Source of the DNA: Nemertoderma westbladi
Lineage: Eukaryota > Animalia > Xenacoelomorpha
Reading direction: 5' to 3'
DNA: 45,119 bases
Assembly: GCA_032718475.1 (NCBI GenBank)
Contig: JAUCBJ010005258.1
Location: 1 to 45,119 of the forward strand
Shown: piece by piece, positions 36,394-45,119 of the stretch
Layout: every line of letters starts with the position of its first letter
Position numbering within the stretch: position 1 is the stretch's first letter
Translations under genes and position numbers: made by a program
The notes under the pieces: model-generated
What the model was told of the DNA's origin: nothing
Seen by the model: the letters and a program-made list of their open reading frames with translations, nothing else
Databases searched by the model: none

Positions 36394-36819
36394 TATTAAA
36401 TTAAATGAAAGGAAGAACAGGAGTCTTATACCCCCAATAAAAAATATAGAATCAGTCTTACCAATTAATTAAGAAATATTTAGATATAGAAATTTTCTTA
36501 ATATAGAAATAGTCTTAAATTGCCTCAGTCATACCCCTTTCACGGCGACAAAATTGTCATATATTTTCTTATACAATATAGGCTTAGCTATTGTGCAGTT
36601 TATTAACGGTATCATTTAGTGTATGGCGGGTAGGCTTAGGGTTAGGGTTGCGACACATACCTGTATGTTTAGCATGTATTTATATTTGTTTGTGTTTGTG
36701 TGTTTGTTGTTCTTCGATGACCCTAGGGGTCGAGAAGTATATTTTGGGCTAAATGTCCTGATTCTATATTTTTTATTGGGGGTATAAGACTCCTGTTCTT
36801 CCTTTCATTTAATTTAATA
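36394..36819. mobile_element. Nested MITE with ~60-bp near-perfect TIRs
   Basis: TATTAAATTAAATGAAAGGAAGAACAGGAGTCTTATACCCCCAATAAAAAAATATAGAATCAG and its reverse complement at 36758-36819. Confidence 0.8.
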
Positions 36820-37369
36820 TATACATACCAACCCCCCTGTTAGTCAGTATGTCGTTAACATCAATTATCATCTCTGAACTTGGGAGAAACGAAATTGCGA
36901 CAACTATGGAGAATCGGGAAGCCTGGAAGGATCTCATTTCCACTGTCCGAGTTCGCTCGACTTAGTAGTAGTATATCCGCCACCGCCATTGACGTACTAT
37001 TGTTATGTAAAAGGTAGACCTAATCACACCAGATACTAATTAAAATAATGTCTTAATAACTAATTATATTCATTCATACAATAAGCAATGTAGCCAATTA
37101 AGGCTGTGATTGACAAATTAACCGCACAATTAATTAATTGACAAAACAAAAATCAAACTAGTAGAGATCATATCCAAACCTGTATAAATATAAATAAACG
37201 CAACGATATAACTAACACATGTACGTACACTATATTAACTGTAGAGGGGGATACTGTCCCTCCTGCGAAAAGCAAAATATATTTATCAGTATTTTAATTA
37301 ATGTAACTTAAAGAAATTGAGCCTTATTCGAAGAAATTCTACATGGGCATTTTGGACCTATACCGCCAC

Positions 37370-37780
37370 TGCTTGGCACTTTGGAAGTGTATTTCCGTAA
37401 AGCTCTATTGTATGGCTCTAGACCAACCCAAAGCAACATTAGTATGTGAACACAAAATTCCATTCCCCATTCATTTCAATGATAGCCAACTTGTCTTTCT
37501 TGTATTGGGGGTAGACCACTGGTTAGCTTTCTGCTATTGTGTTATTCAAAGATAGCGGCAGGAATAAAGAGAAATACCGACCTCACTAATGGGCTGTTCC
37601 TTCAGGTCGGCTTAAGTTACAGTGTGAATGTTCAAGGGCGCCGCCAGTGGCCAGTCCACTCTGCCGCTATTGTGGCTTTATGAATGGAGTTCCTTTAGTA
37701 GTTTCAAACGCTTTCATTCTATCTGCGCGCAAGAAGATGGGAGTTGAGTTGGGGTTGCGGTTGAGTGTGGGTGGAGTGAT
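37370..37780 (-). repeat. Dispersed repeat (unclassified, SINE-like); diverged inverted homologue at ~42290-42710
   Basis: Shared blocks GAAAGCGT(T/C)TGAAACTACTA, GGCGCCCTTGAACA, TTAGTGAGGTCGG, GGTCTACCCCCA, CATTGAAATGAAT and TACAATAGAGCTTTAC. Confidence 0.65.
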
Positions 37781-37974
37781 TGACAGGTTGTTGGAAGTTG
37801 TCTGATTCTGTTTGAAACTGTCTGAATCTGTTTGAAACTGTCTGAATCTGTTTGAAACTGTCTGAATCTGTTTGAAATTGTTGGACTGTTGGAGTTTGTC
37901 TGAAAGTGTTTGAAGCTGTTGGATCCGATCGGTTCAGATCGGATCCGATGGCACTCTGTTGGTGAGCTGGACTG

Positions 37975-40455
37975 TAAGTAGTTCTTATTTATTATCCCTT
38001 AGATCGGAAATTATAGTTAATTCCGGATATATCAGAAATAGATATCAAATTTTCGGTGACTTGGATTTAGAGCTTTTTATTTTTGAAGCGTAATGGAATT
38101 TGGGCTTTTTGAACTGTATAGTAGGCCTACAGTACAGTGTACTACACAGAAAAACATTACGGGTATGTACGTACAGTATATTAAAAATTGATTTAGTGGT
38201 GCAAAAATATGAAAACCAATTGGAGTTATGTAGGTCTCATTATTTAAACAGCCATATATCTGTAACACCTAGATTTGCTGAAACTCTTCAAGAATACCAC
38301 CACTGGATTGAGCGATATCGATTTAGTGTAATGGTAGAAAAAAATGAAATTCGTTAAAAATGGATTTAGGGCCTTTACTGTATGTAGGGGGCCTACCTAA
38401 GCGACGATATGCAACTAACATTTTTTCATAGTCGGGAAAACTGTATCCCATATGGATGGATGGAAATCCCATATATTATCACTATTATTATTTTCGAAAC
38501 AAATCTGACCCAAAGATAGAGATGAATTACAAAACATCCTAAAATGACCCCTCCCCCGGGTCAAGTACAGTAGGGTTAAACAATATGCCGGTAGGCCTAC
38601 TGTACGTACAAAGGCATCTGATGAAAATTATGGTAGTTATCCAATTCTAGATTTGCCAGCGATTATTAGTGGATTATAATACTTATCTTATGCTAATCAT
38701 TTCACAAACCCGCATCTATCGCTGGTAACCCAAATTTAGAAAGCAAACCAATTTCCTCAAGTTGTCTCAGCATATTATTGGACGGATCCAGCAGAACTGG
38801 TCAGGAGAACTGGATGTTGGACGGATCCAGTAGAACTGGATGTTGGACGGATCCAGTAGAACTGGATGTTGGATGGATCCAGTAGAACTGGATGTTGGAC
38901 GGATCCAGCAGAACTGGATGTTGGACGGATCCAGCAGAACTGGATGTTGGACGGATCCAGCAGAACTGGCCAGCAGAACTAGCTGCTGGCCTTGTCCTTG
39001 TTTCTCACACGTGTTTGTTTGTTTGTTTGTGTGTTTATTTGTACAATCAACTTCTGTTGATGGAATTGGATGAAACTTTGATGATAGGTTAATTATCGGA
39101 ACTAGTTGTGTATGCAAGGTTTTGGTTGCGAGGGACCTGTTGGTTGCCTAGCTACGGTGAAATTTATTCTAGAATGACCGATCATAATCGTAGAATTCAC
39201 TCAATAAAAATTCTGTCAGCACCGCATAGGGAGCATCTATTGGACTTCTGGCTTTCTGCAAAATTACGCTTTATTTCGTTTAGATTTGTGGGAGAAGATA
39301 CTTTTCTTGCAAACACTATTTTTTTACATACAATTAATTGTAGGTGCAGAGCCGGTACTTTGCCCAATGTTTCGGTTTTCGTTATTACTGTACTGTAGGC
39401 TGCCCTGCATATAGGCGCGTATACTAGGTAGTATTACAACAATAATAATTAGAAGACCGTTAGGACTTCTTACTGTAAAAGTATTCACCATGTATATGTA
39501 CAGTACTGTATGTACAGTACAGTACTGTATCTACTGTATATCAGGTGAACTCCGCCGAAGCTATATCTCGTCCGTCAATGAAAGTTATATCAATCGACGC
39601 AGCTCAACCCCAGGATGTGGAAAATAAACATGAAGAAGAATAAAGAATAAAGAAGAAGAAAAATTTATTAAAGTGTCTTTTTTTATTTTGAAAAATAGCC
39701 CATAACACGAAAATTGCCATCAACCCAACGATTGAAACACCAGCTGCTGGTACTCATGAGAAGAGGCTACAGTACTACTGTACTACAGTATTTGAAAGGA
39801 TAGGCCCAAACTGCAGAGAAGTAGGCCTATATTATTTGCCAAGTTTATTACTACCTCACTCGATCTCAGACAGTAATCAAACATCAACTGTTAGTTTGAA
39901 ACGTATGACCCCGCCAACACCAACTGAATAGGTCTTCCCAGTGAATCATATGGGGATATCTCTAAGGTTATAGGTTAATAATAATAACATGTAGGCATTG
40001 TAGAGGGTGGTATTACTTTCTCTCAGACTGCGGCTGTAAGCGAATATGTTCAATGGGTTGCAGGACACTCCCCACCCCCCGGACACTTCCACCCCGGACA
40101 CTTCCACCCCGGACACTTCCACCCCGGACACTCCCCACCCCCGGACACTCCCCACCCCCGGACAGTTCCCTCGTCAAAATGTGTCACCCCCCCCTCCGAG
40201 TTAAAGTGTTAAAATAAATCTGACATCGTAGCAATAGACAAAAGTTAAAGATGGTTACAGGACAAGTTGTATCCAGACAAGTTGTATATCTAGTCAAGTT
40301 TTTTCAAAATTATAAAAGAAACATTTTTATAGTGAAATTTTGTTTCTTTTACTTTTTATTGGGGGCTGCGACCCCAAAACCCGGCATTTCCCTGTGTGTC
40401 CGTGGTAAAAGACTTTAGACCATTTTGAAATAATTAATTCAGTTTGTATCATCAG
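37975..40455 (+). repeat. 2.5-kb direct duplication, copy 2
   Basis: Near-identical to 32688-35183. Confidence 0.95.
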
Positions 40456-41547
40456 ATAATAAATTGACTAAGCCTAAAGTAGGAACTGCATTGAATGTTA
40501 ACCAAATTAATATAAAAATTACTACAATATTATATAATTCAACAAAATCCTATTAAATATATTACAAGTAACCAGTAAATTTAATTAGTTTATCAATATG
40601 TACAGTAATGCTGAACACATGCTTTTCCCCTGGCGGGGTATAATTTTGATTGGCAGTGATTTTTTATGTCCTTTTATTTGACTTTTTTTGTCCTCCTTTT
40701 TTTTTACGAATTGTGCATAATGACTTGTGTTGTCCCTTTAATGACTTTTGTTGTCCTTTAATGACTTTTTATGCATGTACATATTTCTTCAAACTGTCAG
40801 ACTGCTGATTTCTGGACTGTCAGACAGTTGATTTCAACATGCCTATGCCAAAACATTCAAAATTTGTTGATTTCTGGTCTGTCGGACAGTTGGTTTCACT
40901 ATGCCTGTGCCAAAACATTCAAAATTCCATGATTTATAGACTATATGAGATAGATTTCCATATGCACCTGTGGCAAAAGACTCTAAATTTAATAGTTTGC
41001 GGTTGTTGTCGATAATCGATTACCACATGACTTAGCAAAACACTAATTTTATAACCAAAAACAATTACCAATTGATGGAAAGGAGCAGGTTAAGGCCGGA
41101 TTTTCTAACCAAAACAATAAACAGTCACTTTACCAAATGAAGGAAAGGAGCAGGTTACAGAGGCTAGCCTTTCTAACAAAAACAATACAGTCCCAATCCC
41201 AATAAACATTAACTTGGTCGTTTTGGCGTCCAAAATGACCAAAATCACCAAAAAAATGTAGTGTATTCCTATGGGCTACTTGGTCGTTTTGGCGAAGCGA
41301 TTTAACTCGAATCAGCTCAATCCAGACAGTCTGTCTTCTTGTCCATCCATTTGGTGGATCTGACTAAATGTCGGCTCGCTTTCATTTTTATTATTGACAG
41401 ATTGTTAACTTACCCGGCGTTGAGCCTTGCAGTACTGGAGTCCGCCCACTGACGCATTGATAGAGTACACAGTCTTATAAAAGGAGTTGAATGGGGCTTC
41501 GTTAAAGGAGGAGTATGTATAATATTCTGAACGTTCCGAAATTAATT

Positions 41548-41720
41548 TATGGACGTCCCGAAATTAACTATATGGACGTCCCGAAATTAACTTATGGACG
41601 TCCCGAAATTAACTTATGGACGTCCTGAAATTAATGTATGGACGTCCCGAAATTAATTTATGGACGTCCCGAAATTAACTATATGGACGTCCCGAAATTA
41701 ACTTACGGACGTCCCGAAAT
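41548..41720. repeat. 22-bp minisatellite, ~8 copies
   Basis: TATGGACGTCCCGAAATTAACT; one inverted copy at ~41766-41790. Confidence 0.85.
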
Positions 41721-41883
41721 TGATCTATCAACCAATCAGAATCGTAATGAAATAACTAATTAATAGACGTCCATAAATTAATTTCGGGATGTTAATTTCG
41801 GAAATTAATTTCAATAATATTTTTTTTTATAATAAAGATTTTTTTAAATATTTTTTTACAATGTATAATTCGCGGACATTGCG

Positions 41884-42263
41884 GGGTGACTACAAAACAA
41901 AGACCCAATTATAAAGACCTGCATAATCTTGTTACATGTGTTAACTTTCGTTAATTGTTTTGAATCCCCCGTCACACCTCTGTAACTTGCTCCTTTACTA
42001 ACCTGCTCCTTTAAATAGCAATGGTGCATAACGCTCATTGTGACCTGTACAAAACAAAGAGGTAAAGTCGCGTTACGTCCCAAAGAGCGTTAGGTTCCAT
42101 TGCCAGAGAGCGTGAGGTCACATTGCCATTTAAAGGAGCAGGTTAGTAAAGAAGCAGGTTACAGAGGTGTGTTGGGGAACCAAAACAATAAACGAAAGTT
42201 AACACATGTGTTTTGTATAGGTCTTTATTATCTGGGCCGTTGGTCTTTGTTTTGTAGTCACCC
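41884..42263. mobile_element. Foldback element with ~150-bp imperfect arms
   Basis: 41884-42036 versus 42108-42263 are reverse complements; the arms contain the satellite motif GCAGGTTACAGAGG...AACCAAAACAATAAAC. Confidence 0.7.
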
Positions 42264-43361
42264 GACACTGCGGTGTTGCGTGGGGGCCACCAATCCACCC
42301 ACCCACACTCAACTCCCAACTTCCTGGACACTAGGATACTGAGTGAAAGCGTCTGAAACTACTACAGACTATGACAGACTATGGGCTAGCGACTAGGGAC
42401 TGGCGCCCTTGAACATGTAAACTGTAGTACCTACTGTACCACCTACCTTAAAGTGACCTGTGGGACCAGCCCATTATTAGTGAGGTCGGCATTTCTCTTG
42501 CCGCTCGCTTTGTATTACATGCAGCTAACCAATGGCAATGGTCTACCCCCAGTGCGGGAAAGACAAGCTGGCTACCATTGAAATGAATAGGGGAAGGATA
42601 ATATGGTGTGTTTGTGTTCCCATCCTAATGTCTGTCGTCTTGGCTCAGCTAAGCTTAAACAGAGCCACAGCCTACAATAGAGCTTTACCTAAATGCACTT
42701 CCAGTGAGCAGGAGCACAGAATGCAGGTCGACGCATACGATATCGACGGAGAGGTATAAATTTTGATTGCATCAATAATAGTCAACCCCATCTGCTTCAA
42801 TTTGAAGAAAACAATTAGATAATAATACTCATAATTAAAACTATTACATAATTATTATAACTCTAGTAAACAAAACAGTATATCATTCGGGGGATGGAAT
42901 ATATAGGTCATCTAATTAATTGTTTAAAGATTAGCAAACAATACAGTGTAATTGAATTGATGAAATCCATAAATAAAACGTGGATACAAATTGTAAAATC
43001 GGGATGAAAATATAAATTTCTGAGCTAAGAAAGGGAAATTGGATACAAGCGGTCCGTTTACCTTACAAAATGAAAAATAAACGTGCGGACTATGAAACAG
43101 TAGTGTCCTACTCGAACGGAACGGAACTGTCCGGGGGGGGGGGGGGGGGGGGGGTGGGGAGGGAATGTCCGGAAATCGAAGCCTTTTTCTATCTGCGAAC
43201 ATCCTGGGCTTTACTTACACTCAGCCTCTATTCAATGGCTGTGATTGACAAGCCAACTTGCCTCAGAAGTTCCTTTCATGAATGCCGCAATTTATATTTG
43301 GCCATTTTGGTCGTTTTGGCCGCCAAAATGACCAAGTTAATGTTTATTGGGATTGGGACTG

Positions 43362-43905
43362 TAAACGGTCACTTTACCCAATCAGGGAAAGGAGCAGGTT
43401 ACAGATGCGGGATTTTCTAACCAAAAAAATAAACAATCACTTTACCAAATGAAGGAAAAGAGCAGGTTGCATAGATGGTCTTTTCTTACCAAAACAATAA
43501 AAGATAACATTACCAATTGAGAGAAAGGAGCAGGTTACAGAGGCGGTATTTCCTAACGAAAACATTAAACGATCACTTAACTAATTGAGGGAAAGGAGCA
43601 GGTTACAGAGGCGGGATTTTCTAACCAAAACAATAAATGATCACTTAACTAATTGAGGGAAAGGAGCAGGTTACAGAGGCGGGATTTTCTAACCAAAACA
43701 ATAAACGATCATTTAACTAATTGAGGGAAAGAGGCAGGTTACAGAGGCGGCATTTTCTAACCATAACAATAAACAGTCACTTTACAAAATGAAGGAAAGG
43801 AGCAGGTTACAGAGGCGGGCCTTTCTAACCAAAACAATAAACGGTCACTTTACCAAATCAGGGAAAGGAGCAGGTTACAGAGGCGGGATTTTCTAACCAA
43901 AACAA
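43362..43905. repeat. 68-bp tandem array (~8 copies, plus ~2 copies at ~41050-41187)
   Basis: GGAAAGGAGCAGGTTACAGAGGCGGGATTTTCTAACCAAAACAATAAAC... with 68-bp period. Confidence 0.9.
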
Positions 43906-44049
43906 CCGGTCAGCCGGTAGGCCTACCATTACCGTATTTAAATGGTAGGCTACACAGGCGGTCTACAGTACAGCAGTACCGGTGGCGGTACCGGTACTAA
44001 AATACCTAAAATACCTGCTTTATACCTACATCTGTACATACAATACATT

Positions 44050-45119
44050 TGATGGACTCCATATAGGAGTACTGATTCTAACTGCTGTATTGATGGACTC
44101 CATATAGGAGTACTGGTTCTAACTTCTCATTGATGGACTCCATATAGGAGTACTGGTTCTAACTGCTGTATGATGGACTCCATATAGGAGTACTGGTTCT
44201 AACTGCTGTATGATGGACTCCATATAGGAGTACTGGTTCTAACTGCTGTATGATGGACTCCACATAGGAAGGAGTACTGGTTCTAACTTCTGATTGATGG
44301 ACTCCATATAGGAGTACTAGTTCTAACTGCTGTATTGATGGACTCCATATAGGAGTACTGGTTCTAACTGCTGTATTGATGGACTCCATATAGGAGTACT
44401 GGTTCTAACTGCTGTATGATGGACTCCATATAGGAGTTCTGGTTCTAACTGCTGTATGATGGACTCCACATAGGAGTACTGGTTCTATCTGCTGCATGAT
44501 GGACTCCATATAGGAGTACTGGTTCTAACTGCTGTATGATGGACTCCATATAGGAGTACTGGTTCTAACTGCTGATTGATGGACTCCATATAGGAGTACT
44601 GGTTCTAACTGCTGTATTGATGGACTCCATATAGGAGTACTGGTTCTATCTGCTGTATGATGGACTCCATATAGGAGTACTGGTTCTAACTGCTCTTATG
44701 ATGGACTCCATATAGGAAGGAGTACTGGTTCTAACTGCTGTATTGATGGACTCCATATAGGAGTACTGGTTCTAACTGCTGTATGATGGACTCCATATAG
44801 GAGTACTGGTTCTAACTGCTGATTGATGGACTCCATATAGGAGTACTGGTTCTAACTGCTGTATGATGGACTCCATATAGGAGTACTGGTTCTAACTGCT
44901 GTATGATGGACTCCATATAGGAGTACTGGTTCTAACTTTTGTATGATGGACTCCATATAGGAGTACTGGTTCTAACATGCTGTATTGGTGGACTCCACAT
45001 AGGAGTACTGGTTCTAACGTCTGATTGATGGACTCCATATAGGAGTACTGGTTCTAACTGATGTATGATGGACTCCACATAGGAGTACTGGTTCTAACTG
45101 CTGTATGATGGACTCATGG
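44050..45119. repeat. ~40-bp tandem array, ~26 copies, running to the window end
   Basis: GATGGACTCCATATAGGAGTACTGGTTCTAACTGCTGTAT with an internal ACTCC-ATATA-GGAGT hairpin. Confidence 0.95.

Larger units (their letters stand above)
35181..37969. mobile_element. Non-autonomous TIR element lying between the duplicated segments
   Basis: TIR CAGCTCACCAACAGAGTGCCAT(T/C)GGATCCGATC; internal short TGTTTGAAAC/TGTCTGAA repeats; no short TSD evident. Confidence 0.75.
41188..43361. mobile_element. Non-autonomous Tc1/mariner-like element inserted into the 68-bp tandem array
   Basis: ~55-bp TIR CAGTCCCAATCCCAATAAACATTAACTTGGTC...; TA target duplication; removing the element restores array sequence AAAACAATAAACGGTCAC. 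Confidence 0.82.

Noticed and set aside
33492-39398. Paired short ORFs (116, 77, 66, 96 aa)
   Set aside because: They arise from a 26-bp minisatellite and the segmental duplication.
32688-40455. LTR retrotransposon with 2.5-kb LTRs
   Set aside because: No TG...CA ends, PBS/PPT or gag/pol; the interior is a TIR element.
44050-45119. CRISPR-like palindromic repeats
   Set aside because: Contiguous ~40-bp units without unique spacers; an ordinary minisatellite.

Overview
This is AT-rich, repeat-dense animal (invertebrate-like) nuclear DNA, not prokaryotic. The left half carries conserved genes whose coding regions are uninterrupted ORFs. Mondo/MLXIP-ChREBP is on +, and four co-oriented genes are on the minus strand: COPS6, DUSP19, CHCHD7 (COX23) and ZNF277. 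There is also a lone last exon of SEC22B (+) and an orphan 368-aa ORF. Two things stand out. First, the CHCHD7 stop codon overlaps the ZNF277 start codon (TAATG), a stop-start coupling typical of prokaryotes and viruses, implying a bicistronic or reinitiation unit. Second, an inverted pair of small Pol III-like units each holds a type I hammerhead ribozyme between a tRNA-like A box and B box, followed by a T-run. The right half is nested non-autonomous DNA transposons (CACTA/EnSpm-like, Harbinger, Tc1-like, foldback), several minisatellites and a 2.5-kb direct duplication flanking a TIR element. The three ~880-900-aa ORFs at 25.7-28.5 kb are artefacts of a 35-bp satellite. All family assignments come from remembered motifs; no database search was run.
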